The position numbers and the translations under genes were made by a program. The notes beneath the pieces are model-generated. The model did no database searches. It was not told where the DNA came from and worked only from the letters and a program-made list of their open reading frames with translations. 64,000 nt of DNA from Epiperipatus broadwayi (Eukaryota > Animalia > Onychophora): positions 496,001 through 560,000 of the forward strand of contig JAQFVV010000009.1 in assembly GCA_028023455.1 (NCBI GenBank), given 5' to 3'. This document shows, in pieces, positions 26,721-41,667 of the stretch (positions are counted from its first letter, which is position 1; each line of letters opens with the position of its first letter).

Positions 26721-28531
26721 ATAGTAATATAATCCAGCAAAAAAAAAAAAAAAAAAAGCTTTCTCTAAATTCTTTGAACTTAAATTTTAAACCTAAACAC
26801 TAATAAAATGTGCACTAATATCAATGTGCAAAGCACGTTTTAACACCATTAGCCACTCATTAATACAATGAGGAATTCCAAAAAAAAAAAAGGTGCTAAA
26901 TATAAATCAGACATTATGCATTCTCCTTTTACTAATGATCTGCTCTTTCAAAAAAATTTGAACGATCTACCTATTTTATTAAGCTTTCTCCCCCCAAAGA
27001 TGAATTTCATTAAAAACAGCATAGCTGTTTTGTTATCAGTGGAATTCTGTATTGTTATTTTGAAGAGTTTGTAAAATTTATACATTCCATGTAGCTATAC
27101 TTAAAAAAAGGTCTATAATGCTTATCTTTAGTATTACTACTGCCTCCTGTCTACTCACTACTACTGGATAATGCTATTATTTCTATCACTGCAATGAATA
27201 AATTCAAAAGTCATGATAATCTAGTCAGATTATTTGAGATAGGCTATTTTTAGACAAGATCTTTAAATAAAGCTGCTTAAACATACAATCTTTTCCAGTT
27301 GAATTCCTGTCTCAAATTCAGTTCCAAACAATTCATTAGTGATTGTACTATCTCAAGCAAAAATCATAACTAAGGGTTGTCCCTCATTGCGTTTTTAATT
27401 CTTGATTTTTTGAGCAAAAAAAATGAAAAGGGGGGATTGAAGTCAGAAATCTACTTGCAATTAAATGATGAAAATGTAATTGTGCAGACACACAATCCCA
27501 TTGATATAATTAGTGTAGGGAAATGACCAATGGCATGAAAGGCTCATGATGACTAAACCCTACACTAACTTAAATGACTGAAGAATGAAAAAATGAGACA
27601 TGAAATACTGTTTGTATTGGAAACAATACCTAGCTTTTGATTAATCAATATTCTATCCTGCAAATCAGCAGGTGCTTTTGTGAGGGCACTGTTTATTTTT
27701 TTTCCCCAGTTGACCTTCATATCAGAAGATCATTTTACTATCCGCAAGCAGTAAAGCCCATCATTAGCTTGAACTCTGTACTCAATCGACTAAAAAAAAA
27801 AATATAAATGATGTTGCTTATTAAATGTTGTATAATCTGAACGTTAACTGCAAGAAGAATATCATTTAAATAATAAAATTAAATCCTTGAATAAATTCTA
27901 TATTAGCATGCAAAGTTATTACAGTATAAATAGGAGATTAATTTATGTTTTACTATTTTTGTAAAGAAAATAAAATGCTTATAATTTGTAAAAACTATTG
28001 AACACTTTTTTAAAAAATAAATATTTCGTTTCTAGAGCAACTTTAATCTGTTTTATGCACTAATATATATATATGTTAGAAATAAATTCAATATTTATTA
28101 ATTTTTTTAATTTATATACGATATATGTAATATAAACCATGACTGTGATTATTTATGTTTTGTTTACAACATGTTATGATTGGCGTTCCATTTTTTATTT
28201 AAGTAATTTTCTATGTTTTATGCCAGACCATTTACACTATAATGCATGAGATTATTGTTGTAGTTGTGATTGATTTCCTATCACACCAATGACTTCCTTA
28301 TTTTATCAATCCATCTCACATCTGATCTCTTTCTATGTCCAGTCTCTTAGAATTTATTTTAAGATTGAAACTATCTATTTTCATTTCATCTAGCAATATT
28401 CTCAGCTCATCTGTACTTCAGTCTCTTAATTTTTTTAATGATGTCTGTAATATCTATTTGTTCTCTCACTGAAATATTTTGCATTTGATCTCTTTTTGCT
28501 ATTTCTAATATATATATATTACTCTATACTT

Positions 28532-31500
28532 GGCTGCAGAAAGGAGTTTGCTATTAACTGAAAGGAGACCCTTTGATTCCTCTTGGAGGCCTTAAAGGAA
28601 CCGAGCAGGGCAAATTCCTAATGTCCACTCCATACGTTCTTGTTGTTGCAGCTGTTATTACTATATGTTTATTCATATAGTATACGAACATGGATGGGCT
28701 GCTCACCAACACGCATTAGCCAGCGTGGTGAGTTTATTGGCTTTTTACCTCTGAGTTTAAGATCAAGAAACACCATGGTCTTTCTTCTCAGTGCCTGATA
28801 AGGCAGAATGAATGTTTGTGTAAATGATAAAGATTTTTCCCAATTATACAATTATGACAGACAAAAATAAAGCATGGCCCTTAATCCCAGGAGGCTGTAA
28901 AGTCACCAACCGCTGCCTTGGTTGGTGGCCGAAGGCGGAGGGTGCTAAGAATATCCTGGAGGCGGACCCAGGCTGCCATTTGATGACGACTTTTTATTTA
29001 GGTACTTACAACTGCAGATCACTTTCAAGTGAAGGAAGATTGCAAGAATTAGAAGAAGAACTCTCTTATATTAAATGGGATATTATTGGACTTTGTGAAG
29101 TTAGAAGAAAAGGTGAAGAGACAATTGATTTAAAAAGTGGACATATGCTCTATTATAAAGGCACAAATATTGGAAATACAAGTGGAGTAGGATTCATTAT
29201 AAATAAAAAGTGGAAGAACAATATTGTGGAGATTGATGGTGTATCAGACAGAGTGGCAAGATTAGTTATACAACTTAATAGCAGATATCAAATGCAGATA
29301 ATTCAGGTTTATGCCCCAACAAGTTCTCACAGTGATGAAGTAGTAGAAGATTTTTATATGGATGTACAAAAGGCTTTTGATCAGAGTAAACAACATTTTA
29401 AAATTGTTATGGGAGATTTTAATGCTAGAATTGGTAAACAAATGAAAGATGAAAGTGTTGTAGGTAATTTTGGTTATGGTAATAGAAATGAGAGAGGACA
29501 TAGACTTGTGGAGTTTGCAGAGAAGGAAAAACTTTATATTATGAATTCTTTTTTTGAGAAAAATGTTAGAAGGAAATGGACATGGAAGCATCCAAATGAA
29601 GGTACAGCAGAATTGGATTATATTTTGACTAACAGGAAATACATATTTCAAGATTGTAATGTTCTTAATAAATTTAACACAGGAAGTGATCATCGATTAG
29701 TAAGGGGTAAGATACATGTTAATGTAAAACTAGAGAGACAAAAATTATTAAGAAAAACTATATTTACAGTTGATATTCCTAATCTTCAGAAACATTCTAA
29801 TGAATTTAAATTAGAACTTACAAATCGGTTTCAAGTATTAGTAGATTTTGAACATGATTCAGATTTGAATGAAATTAATATGAAAATAACTGATACACTT
29901 TTAAAAACTGCAACAAAGATAGCTGGTAGAAAAAAGCAGCAATTGACTAATAAAATTTCTACTGAGACTAGAGAACTTATGAAGAAAAGAAGGAATATGA
30001 AGATATGCAAGAATGATGCATTAAAAAGAATTGAATATCTCGAATTTTGTAAAATGGTGCGGAAAAGAGTTGAAAATGATATAAGAAAGTATAACTGTGA
30101 ACTAGCAAGAAAAGTTGTAGAAGAAAATAAAAGTCTTAAGAATGTAAAACAACATTTTGATATTGGTAGGAAATTTATATCTGCAATAAGGAAAAAAGAT
30201 GGAATTATTACTAAAAAGAGGGATGACATTATGAAATTGGTAGAAGATTTTTATCAAGAATTATATAGTAATAAAGAACAAGTACCTCCTATATCTATTA
30301 CATCTTCCGAATTGCCCAGAATTTTAAATGAAGAAGTGAGAAATGCAATTAAATGTATGAAAAAAGGAAAGGCTCCAGGTAATGATGGAATTATAATTGA
30401 TATATTAAAAGAAGCAGGTGAAGAAACAGAAAAAATATTAGCAAAGTTATATACCAAATGTCTAAATGATAAAGATGTACCGGATGATTGGAAGAATGCA
30501 GTAATAATATTAATATTTAAAAAAGGTGATAAAGAAGATATTAGAAATTACAGAACTATCAGCCTTTTATCAGTTTTATATAAAATTTTTACCAAGATAA
30601 TTACAACTCGTCTACAGAGAACCTTGGATTTTCACCAACCAAGAGAACAAGCTGGATTTAAAAGTGGTTTTAGTACAGTAGATCATATTCAAGTATTGAG
30701 AGAAGTTATAGAAAGGACAAATGAATATGAGTTGTCATTGTGTTTTGGATTTGTAGATTATGAAAAGGCATTTGATTCTATAAACATTTCTTCAGTGAAT
30801 TAAAGCATTGGATCATCAAGGTATAGATCCAGGATATTGTCATATTTTAAAGAATATTTATAAAAATGCAACAGCAACAATTAGATTACATAATGATACT
30901 GGGAAAGTCAACATTGAGAAAGGTGTAAGACAAGGTGACTCCATATCTCCAAAACTTTTTACAGCAGTGCTGCAAGAAGTATTTTGTGGATTAAAATGGG
31001 AAACTAAAGGAGTGAAAGTAAATGGAGATTATTTAAGTCATTTAGATTTCACAGATGATGTAGTTGTTTTTGCAAATAATGCTTCCGAGCTGCAGAAAAT
31101 GTTGCAGGAGTTATCAGATGAAAGTAGGAAAGTAGGACTAAAGATAAATGTTAAAAAGACTAAAGTAATGTTTAATCGATTTGCTCAAAATATGAAAATA
31201 AAGATTGATTATGATGAATTAGAAGAAGTTAAGAGTTACAAATACCTTGGTCAGATTATTACTACAGATGGAAACATAATAGAGGAAATTAATCATAGAA
31301 TTAAACTTGGTTGGAGTGCTTTTGGTAGAAATAACTTGATATTAAAAGGAAATATGCCTATGTGTTTGAAAAGAAAGGTTTTTAACAAATGTGTTTTACC
31401 AGTTCTTACTTATGGATCTGAGACTTGGACACTTAATAGAAGATCAATACAGAGACTTCAGACCACTCAAAGAAGTATGGAGAGATGTATGTTGGGAGTA

Positions 31501-31826
31501 ACAAGAAGAGATCGAAAACGCAATGTATGGGTAAGAGAACAAACAGGTGTTACTGACCTCATTGAAAAAATTAAAAGATTGAAGTGGAGTTGGGCTGGAC
31601 ATATTGCTAGAAGAGATGATAATAGATGGACAATTGAAATTTTAAACTGGATTCCAAGAGATTGTAAAAGACCCAGAAGGAGACCACATGTAAGATGGAT
31701 GGATGAAATAAGAAAATGTGTAGGCGTGATGTGGAGAAGAGAAGCTAAAGATCGGAGAAGATGGATTAAACTTGGAGAGACCTTCATCCTGCAGTGGATT
31801 GATAATGGTTGATAATGATGATGATG
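28532..31826 (+). mobile_element. Full-length RTE-clade LINE with a (GAT)n 3' tail and 11-bp TSD
   Basis: TSD ACTCTATACTT at 28521-28531 and 31827-31837, a ~300-bp 5' UTR, a single APE-RT ORF and a short GATGATGAT tail. Confidence 0.95.
28824..31812 (+). pseudogene. RTE APE endonuclease and reverse transcriptase ORF, split by a +1 frameshift near 30797
   Basis: APE motifs GTYNCRSL, GLCEVRR, VYAPT, MGDFNA, LDYIL and SDHRLV, and RT motifs GKAPGNDG, EQAGF, VDYEKAFDS and GVRQGDSISP. The sequence reads GTGAATTAAAGCATTG where the older copy has GTGATTAAAGCATTG. The catalytic motif reads FTDD instead of FADD. Confidence 0.92.
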
Positions 31827-32558
31827 ACTCTATACTTTGTTTAATGATCTAAAGTTCTTATATTGTTTTCTGTTAAGTAATCATGTTTCATATCCATGTT
31901 TTACATCCATAAATAAGAAATGTAAAAATGTATTTATTAAAACCTTTTGTTTCAAACACATAGACATATTTCTTTTTATTATTAAATTATTTCTGACAAA
32001 AGCACTCCATCAAAGTTTAATATTATGGTTAACTTTATTATTATGCTTCCAGATATTTTAATAATCAAGCTAAAGTACTCATAGTCGTCAACTTTTTTTA
32101 ATTTATGATTATTAATTTTTATTTTCTTCTGCTGAGAAAATCCATTAAACATTATTTTAATCTTTTTAGTATTTATCTTTAGTTTTATATTTTACTGTAG
32201 TTAATCTAGCATATTCTCATCTTGTGTATTTTTTCCATAGTATTATTTTTATGTGTATATGATTTTGTTTTATTTTTCATAAAAAAAGAATTTAACTGCA
32301 CTTTAAAAGAAAGAAAAATTTAGATGGACATATTCTGGTATGCTGTAATCGATAAAGTCTGCCAGAAAACATCTTGGATAATATTAATAATCTATTATAT
32401 ATGTTTATATCATTTCTTAAATTTATTATTGATCACAATAAAATATTAATAGAAATGAAAATTGGTTCTATTTAATAAGCCAATAAAAAGTTTTTTTTGT
32501 AGTTTATGGCTATGTTTATTAATTCAAATGTTAAAATACAAGGTTACAATATATATAT

Positions 32559-34353
32559 TGTACCGGGTTCGATCCGTTGATGATCCAACATACTCTACTC
32601 GCTAGGTTTAGCTGGGTTTAAACCTTATTTATCCAATTAGAGTGCAGAATATTATTGATAGCAGAGCTGTCAACAATACCCATGATCAGACCGAGCTATG
32701 CAATGCATAACACGATCACATTTCCAGATTGTGGCCCACCTCGACTGCTAGATTCAAACCCTACTATTCAAGCACTTTATTTGTTTCGGACTAAACCCCT
32801 GGCACCACCTAGTTTCTAGAACTAATGTGTTTGGACAGTAGGCCCATAATCCAGCGCTCGAAAAATCCCTTAACTAACTCAGTCTATTTTTAATTCAGTA
32901 ACAGATTATTTCAATTAGTGATAAAAGAATTGACTGACAAAATTAAGCTTTAAGTTTAAAAGGCAAATTATTTTAATTAACATTTATTATACTAATTTTA
33001 AATACTTTTATAATTCTTAACTAACAACACTGGTATTTTTATATAATAATCATGCACATTCTTAATCCATACACTAGAATATCATATAACAAAGTATTAA
33101 ATAATATTTGACATTTAAAAAACACACACATCAATAGTTCATTTATGTAGGCTATAGAGTTCATTATTATTTGACTCTGGAAGGCTTCAAACTAATGCAA
33201 TGCCTACTTTAGAAATGAGAATAAGAAAAATGTTATTACCTAGGATTTTAAAACGTGGACTTCTTCTTGCTGTGAACTTGATTTTAATAGGATTTTGTTT
33301 TCTTCCTGGTTACTGCTTCAAGTGAGGATATTTTCAGCTGGCTGGATTCCACGTTTCCTGAGGAGATTTAATTCTTATTCAGTGGCACTATTCTTGGAGA
33401 CAGTTAAATATTCCTGGTGAGTTTCAAATTGTTAGGCAGGCATTTTTTTATTCCGGGCAGGTTGGCTGTTTTCACTGGACTCAGGCTAGAGAAACTCATA
33501 TGTTTCTGAGGTTTCTAACACTGCATTGTCAACTGATCGATTGACTGATTTAATCTGATGTAATCTTGCTGAACTGAACTGCACTCTTTATCAACTGTTA
33601 TTTCAACTGAACCCAAGCTCAATTGTTTGTCCGATGAAAAACTGGACTATTTCTACATAAGACCTGTTGTCATTTTGATGTCCTCCAGCTATATATGTTG
33701 TTGAAATTCCTTCCTTGTTTTTAGATGCATTCCTTTGATAAGCTTGTAATTACGTGTTTTTTTAGAGATCTTTTAATTAGCAGCCATCGCACGTGTTGTT
33801 TTTTACATTTTTAATTAGTAGTCATCGCTGAGTGTTTTTAATTTTTTAACTTTCATTTATTTCATTTTAACATGCACACATTTATTATATTTACAATCAT
33901 CTATATTTTATTCTAACAATTCTTTTAAACGAAAGGGATATCTCTTTTTTTTCTTCTTTAACTTAAAGAGATATTTTTATTTCATATAAAAGATTTACAT
34001 TTTTTATTTTTCTTTACTATTTTAAATGAAAGAGTTATTTTTAATTATTTGTAAAAGATTCATTTAAACATCTATAGCTTTAACCTTTTTCAAGCCAAAC
34101 TCTCTCCCCCGAATTACTTTTAAATTAATTCGTAAAACTTTATGAAAGACGCAGGGTTTAATTTTTCACCGGACTAACAGTATTTTCTTCTTTCTTTATT
34201 TTTAAAAACTCTAAACGTTTATATTAAACTTCCCTTTATTAAACTTTTAACTATTTATTATCACATTGAAACGTTACATTGTTTTTATGAGAAATTTCTA
34301 ATTTTAATAATTTTAGACAAAATTATTATACGTACCAATATTATCTTGGTACA
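32559..34353 (-). mobile_element. Solo LTR-like element (1795 bp) in a (TA)n tract
   Basis: Termini TGTACC...GGTACA, with ATAT on both sides (32555-32558 and 34354-34357). It is locally richer in GC and CpG and has CAGT-rich LTR-like repeats on the minus strand. The orientation is inferred. Confidence 0.75.
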
Positions 34354-36949
34354 ATATATATATAATATTTAAATACATGTACATTTTATATATTTTGTGT
34401 CTAATAAGAAAATGAAAGGTAAGTAACCTAACAAGAAATGGTACGGTCATTAAAACCTCTACACATTATGAATGCATCAAGTGATACAGCCACACTCAGG
34501 CTAAACTCAGGATTTTTGATATTATCATTTATGCCATAAACACAGAGAGCTACAATGATAATAACAGTAGTGATAATCACTAAACATTACAAAGTATAAC
34601 TAAATACATTTTAAGAAAAGGAGAAATCTCAACTCACACTTGCAAAACTTTTAAAGGTCCCAAAATTCATATCACAAAAAATCAAAGATACAATTAATTT
34701 CTCTCTTATAGTAAAATGTTCCTTTCATTATCCTTTTTCTAATATACTCTTACATTTCCCACTTCTTCTTCATCATGTTTATTGCCATGATCAGATCCAC
34801 ATTTAATAAAATAGTCATCTCTTATAAATCTTACTGATTTGTTTATGCCACTTTGCTTTTTTTTGACAATAGATATAGGTTCTTATTTATAGAATTATGG
34901 TATTATGATCTCATGGTTTTTCTATTATATTTAATGATATAATTTTTTCCATATTTTATTTTATGGACATGTTGATAATAAATGAATGACATCCTAATGA
35001 TAAACATGAGAAGGATATACTTAATCTATAAGTTACTGTCTACCTATTATTTAATAATAATAATATTAACTTGAATAAATAATTTAACTAAGACAAATAT
35101 GCATAAAACACTAAATTTTGAAGTATATACTCATTTCCTAGGATAGCATTCAAATACCAAGAGTAGAAAGGGATTTTATGGACACTCAAAATATTCATCT
35201 ATAACATAAGTGAATTTATTAAATGGAAATAGACACTAATTGATTATAAATCAGACTTATTTCAATAAAATTTTAAATTACAGTGATCAATAGAATAAAT
35301 GAATAATATTTATTTCAAATAAGTATCAGTTAAATAGTTTAATCTTTCAATTTATGTGTCTGTACTCTGAATAAATAACATGAAAAATATTTGCATTATA
35401 ATTTACAGGATGTTTAGATTTCTGAATATGGGTTGGTGAATACCAAAACATTATATAAACACTGCACAAGATTTAACAACAAAATAATATTTATTATACA
35501 ATAAACAAATTTTATAAACATGAACACCATGGAGATCTATTACAAAAAAAAACTTCAAAAATATCATTCCAACAATCTAACGCTTCTTACAGGAGAATAC
35601 TTTACAAGTTGAAATTTGTTTAAATTAACAAATTAAATGACTAAATTAAATATCTATAACATATGGTGGTCTTAGGTAGACAAATACATTTGACCAGTAA
35701 GATATTATTACAAGAAATTTTATCCTTCAAGTTAAATACTTATTTTATCACTATTATCAATAAAATATTCTCTGCCTTTAAAATAATTTTACTAAGTTAT
35801 GAACAAATTTATGGTGCAAGCTTTATATCTTCTTGCATAAAATATTTGCCCTAAAACAATTCTATAATTTTATAATCTATAGCTTTTACTAATTATAAAT
35901 GACTTATTAATTTTATGATCTTTAATTGCTGCAGTTGTACTAAGTCTTTATATTATTCTCAAAAGTTACATGTATACATTCACACATTCTATGCTATTTG
36001 ACCCAACAATAAGTAATTCTGAATGATCTTCAGATCTTACCAATCCAGCAATGATTTGCTTCTGAATAATAATGATGATGCATACTGCTTAATTAGGTTA
36101 AAGAATATAAATTTATAATTTTGAATAAATCATTATTGGTTTTATCTCGTGTAGCACTGGTGAAGAACAGCAAAACAGATTTAACATATACTTAGGGAGT
36201 TAAAAATTCTCCTGAAGAAAGAATGAGACACTTCAAAATAATAAACTTATCAATGACCAACATACTAAAATATCAACAACACTCTACACGGTGGTAAATA
36301 TACAAAAAAGAATATATTTCCAAGAGAAAAAGCTAAATAAAGCAATAAACCTAGTGATGGCATGAACCTAGAACATCTACTTTCTGAGGACAATAAAATA
36401 TGTTAGGGCTTTTGTCTCTAGACATATATAATAATAGTAATGAACCACCATAACTATGACCATAAACATGAGAAATATCACTCAATGAAATCAAGCAATA
36501 TTGGAGAGAGTAACCCTCTATCTTCTAATAAAATATCTAAATTATTTCAATACAACAATAATGAGAGAGCTAAGCTTTATCTTCAAGCCATCAAGATTGA
36601 AATAAAATTCACATATTTTGGAAATGTATAATGGTCTGATAACATATATCACATATTCTAGAAAGAAATTAATTTTAAACTCAATAAATATAATACTAAA
36701 TTGATGCATAAAACCAATAAAATAATAATACAGTTATCAAATATGACTGAATAAATATAGACTTAAGCAATTAAAAAGTATCAAGGAATATAATTTTCAT
36801 AAACATTCATTATAAAATATATTTCTCATAATAAAGGACTAAGCAATACTTTTTAAAATAACTTAATACTAAATCATTATATAGCATATAGTATCATTAA
36901 TGCTAATAAGTGAACAACTGTCAAGCATACTAGACCATAACACAAAATA

Positions 36950-38350
36950 TATAAAAAATAATATTTAAAATAGCATATAAATAACTTAAACCTAAACATA
37001 AAATTTTACCAAACCTTTTTTTTAATAAAAAAAAAGAATTAAAGTTCTTAATCTTGCACAGTTTCTGGTTTAATAGCAAATAAATTCAACAAGTCAGTAT
37101 ATTTCTCCATACACTGGTAATATAATCCAAAAGACACATTGGCATTGACAATTCTTTTTTTCCATAGAGACTTTGTACATGCACACACAAAGAAAATATT
37201 AATAAATAAATGGCCATTATTTCATGAATCATTAAACATATACTTTACAGGACAGTTTCAACACTTCTTATTGCATTACACTAATTTTTCATTTTATTTA
37301 AGACCGGTTATTATTTTAATTTAGCAATTGCACACATTCTTTTCCAACTTAAGCAGGATTTTCCAAGCACAATACTTAATATAGTGATTTGCTCCTAAAC
37401 ATTTCTTTTTCAAGTTAAGTAAACTTTCAGGCAATATTTAATATAGTATTTTGTCACAAAATATCTCTTTTATAGTTAAGCAAGTTTTCTGAATGAAACA
37501 TTTAAATATAATGTGGTTTATTCAAATGTTTTCAAATAGCAGTTTGGTCAAAAACTTTCTTCATTAAATTTAATTCAGGTTTGAAGTAACTATTAAGTAT
37601 GACTTTTCATAAAAAAAAACAAGCTTTTATTAATTACTTAGCACTTAATAAAGATCATAAATTCTATACTAAATTTTTAAAATTAGGAACATGTTCATAA
37701 GTGAAAGCATAAATGACTTTATCATACATTTTCCATTTTAGTCAATATGATAAATACTATTTAATTATTACAATAAAATTTTCACAATAAAAGATTTACT
37801 TTTCCTGAATAATTAGTTTTTTAAAAAAATTGATCAGACAAAAGACAATAAAACATTTTTAAAAGTTGCTGACAAATTATATTATCTAACCAAGTTATGA
37901 AAGAATGTTAAAACTGTTATAGTTAATTCTAAGATAAATTTTCAATAAATCTGATTTAAAATAAGAAATTCAAATAATTCATAATAAATAAAATTCTTGA
38001 ATAAAATATGATAAGTTAAGCTGGATACCTGCAACACTATATCTCTGGAAAATAATACTTTCATCATCAGTAGACAATTGGTTAACATTTTGCCTTCTAA
38101 ATTCTTCCTTCAATATTTAATTTAAATCCCTTGATTAACTTTGAATGAGACTTACTTTGGATAAAAAAACTTATTTAAAAATTTTTTCTTTATTTTTTTA
38201 CTTGTTAAAGTTTTAAACTTTGTTTATCAATTCTGATGGACAGCAGGGAAATATACTTCTCTTCTTTTCAATTTGCTTCTGCTCAACTGCTTCTGATTGC
38301 CTCCCAATATACTCGTTTAAATTATCTTAATAAATAAATTTAGAGGTTCA
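36950..38350 (-). mobile_element. Possible hAT (Buster/Charlie-like) transposase remnant
   Basis: Only loose, frameshifted similarity to the QxDESTD...QL..VRY and WLSxGK motifs. Confidence 0.33.
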
Positions 38351-39599
38351 TTAATATTTTATTTAATTCTTTTTTTTTCTTTTACCAAACAAAATGCTCT
38401 AAAATAATATTCAATATTACAAACTAAAAAAATATTTCCACTCACAAATAATAAAAAAAATTGAACTTACTGCTGCAGGTATACACACTCTCATATTTAG
38501 AAATCATTCCCTATCTTTTAAAGTAACTAATTTAGATTTTTTTTAAATAGCACTAAACTAATTACCTATTTTTAAATTTAACCAATTTAGCATACTCTCT
38601 AAACTCAATTTTAATAACACTATTATTTAAACAAATGAACTAATTATTATTACAAATTAGTTTAAATAAAATACTTTATTTTGATTATGAAACTCCACAT
38701 TAATCTTTAACATTAAATTCAATTCAATTAGTATTATGGTTAATTCAGATACTAAACTAGATGTACTAAATTGTATTAGAATACACTGAACTTAGTTAAT
38801 ATTATAGCTATGCATTTTAAATTTAACTTATTAAAATCCATTTGAATTATAGGCTTAAAATATTTTAGCAAAACAAAGTAAAAACAATATTATTTATTCA
38901 TGACAGAAATCATAAACATAATTTACAAAGATAGTTTAACTTAAAACTTCTTAAAAAAATTTTTAAGTTAAATATTAGCAATAGCTGAAACACCAGCTTT
39001 CTTGACGAAGCCAAAACTCACAATATATAACAGTTTTAATCTAGTAATAACTTACAAATTATTTCTACATTCTCTCAAACAATTATTGTTACAGTCCTTG
39101 ACAAGTTATCTGTGACACAAGGCAATGGTAAATTAGATTACCTTTTTTTTTTCATATACTAAAAAAGTATGTTTTATTACCCCCAGATGCTCCATTATCA
39201 TTAAATTACATAATAATAATTAATTATTCACATATCCAATTATTCAATTAGATAATGCATACACAAAAGAATCCTAATATAAATATATACTCTAAAACAA
39301 ACATATACACAAAAAAATCTTAATATAAATATATACTTTAAAGCAAACATATATATATATATATATATATAGTAGTTAGAGTAGATGAGTTAATATAAAG
39401 AAAAATGAATATGAGTTTATGATTAACAACTGAAAAGGAAAAAAATCATAAATGTTTATATAATATAATGATAATATAAATACTTATTCTTGTTTTAGTC
39501 TTTGTTTATCTTTTAGTAAAAAGGTAGTTATTTAAAAAACTGACACTTTGATCATTCGATTATGATTTTGTCTTAATTTCTATTTGTCAATGGAGTTTT

Positions 39600-40000
39600 G
39601 AAATGAATTCTTAGTCCACTGATTGCTCCAACATATGACAGGATTATAACTAAACAATTTGATCCATATGGTCCTTTAATAGTTATGGGTCTTGCAAGAA
39701 AACAAAATGAGTTATAGTATTTTTCCATGATCTGTCTTGTGATTGCCCCATGAATATCTTGTAGTTTGACTGGTCATTATTAGGTCTCAGCAGATCTTCT
39801 TTTCTTTGCACTTGGATAAGACAAGTATGTATTTGTATATGATAGAGCTAGGATGGAACAATTAAGTTTTCTTCTTAATACTAGGTCATTTCTTTTTATG
39901 TACAGGCTGGACAATATCATTTCTTCCTCCATGGAATATAAGTTATCAGGGATAGATCATAAAAACATCAACAAAACATTCTGATATAATTTAAATAATA
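39600..40000 (-). mobile_element. hAT transposase N-terminal remnant
   Basis: The minus strand reads HGGRNDIVQPVHKKK, like the HGGxxDIxxHxxxKKH motif of hAT N-termini. Confidence 0.4.
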
Positions 40001-40949
40001 TACATATGCAACCATTGTGTATTTGAATAGTAATGCATTTTTTATACTATTACAACTTTTAGTTTGTATATGCACAGTCCGGATGGTCTTCACAATAAAA
40101 AATCTGCTAGTTTATACTTTCTCTGCTAACACAAGCAATATTCTGCTTCTGAAACATCTTTGGCTAAAATGTATACAGAACTAAATTTACTGTGACAGCT
40201 TATCAAACTTAATTCCTTCCCTCTAATTCTATAAAGTGTTTATTAATAAGCAGTTTAATTATCTTTCCTTATCATTGTTATAAGTGCTTGGTTTTTAAAT
40301 ACAAAGGAAAGAAAACATATAATGATCAAGCATAATTGGAAATAGAAAAAGGAAAAAATGACAAAAATATTACTATTTTAAATAATACAAATCTTGAAAC
40401 TGCATTTTTATAAATGAAATTTAATTAAAATTTCTATTGCAATGATAACTTTTATATAAATGTTGTACTTTCTTTGTTTCAAAATTAATTTTACAATTAC
40501 TTAACAAAACTCTTTTTTTACTTTCTATTTTTTTTTTTGTACAGAAATATTTATTTGAAATGAAGTGCAAAGAAACTTACATGCACACCACATTATTTAC
40601 TGAGAATTTAGAATTTAAAATGCTGTCAATTATTACTGTCACATTTGTATTTAATGCTTGTAGCTAGCTATGCATGGCTGGCTACAATATTTCTGTCTAA
40701 CATGGGGAATAAAATTGCATTTTATGAATCCTGAAGCTATGATTCAGTGCTAACAGAACTTTTATAAAAGGATATAAGTTCAAACCTAAATTACTAGTGG
40801 TGCTATTTTGGGTCTTTAATAATACAACCTGCCAAAACTAATAAATATTCTAGCCACTTGAGGTAATATGGGTTAGATTCATATGAAAAGTAGGAATAGG
40901 CTTTAAACTGATAATATCCTTCAGTATGCTCATCATAGTTTAAGATTGG

Positions 40950-41155
40950 ACAATAAACCATTATCTTGTTTATTTGGAGCCATTTATATTTATGCCCAAG
41001 GGTCATCTAATCATAGTATCCTATTGGGAGGCTGGTTGCATTTGGCCCCACATTGGGCATCAAGTGTAAACTGACTGCCATTAGAACTCTATGATTAGAC
41101 CACAATTGTACACAAATATATCCAATACCAAGTAAACAAGATAATGGCTTACTGG
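40950..41155. mobile_element. Degenerate MITE-like inverted repeat
   Basis: ACCATTATCTTGTTTATTTGGA pairs with ...AGTAAACAAGATAATGGCT, and CTAATCATAG pairs with CTATGATTAG. Confidence 0.5.
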
Positions 41156-41332
41156 CTCAATCATACAAACTATAATAAGTATATTGAGGAACATTTTCAG
41201 TTTAAAGCCTATTGATGATAATGTTAAATCTACAACAATAATATTTCATATTCATCATATCAATAATATATATATATATATAATAAACATAATGGTAATT
41301 AACTGTTATATATCAATAATATATATATATAT

Positions 41333-41667
41333 ATAATAAACATAATGGTAATTAACTGTTATATACAGTCTTTCAGCCTACAAAAGTACTTTTAGTTCAT
41401 TTCTTATCTTGCTTCAGTTGCTGTTAAGTTAAAAAATAACAAAATGGAAGCAAATATCAACTTAAATCCCATGAATCCTGAATTTTAATGTTACCAGCTT
41501 GTTTATTAACATTAAACTTCGGGATTCTTGGGATTTGAGTTGATGATGTTTGCTTCCATTTTGTTTGTTTGAATTTAATGGCAGTTGAGCAGATTAAAGA
41601 ATTAACTAAAAGTACTTCTGTGGACTGAAATACTGTATATAATAGTTAATTACTATTATATTTATTA
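41333..41667. mobile_element. MITE / fold-back element with ~150-bp arms, preceded by a ~51-bp tandem duplication
   Basis: GTAATTAACTGTTATATACAG...AAAAGTACTTTTAGTT...CAAAATGGAAGCAAA is mirrored by TTTGCTTCCATTTTG...AACTAAAAGTACTT...CTGTATATAATAGTTAATTAC. Confidence 0.75.

Noticed and set aside
29262-31787. Minus-strand ORFs of 67-143 aa over the RTE
   Set aside because: These are antisense shadows of the RTE coding frame.
34412-34590. ATGAAAG|GTAAGT donor beside the solo LTR, and a hydrophobic minus-strand frame (VIITTVIIIVALCVYG...)
   Set aside because: No partner exon giving an open frame was found. Both are compatible with chance.
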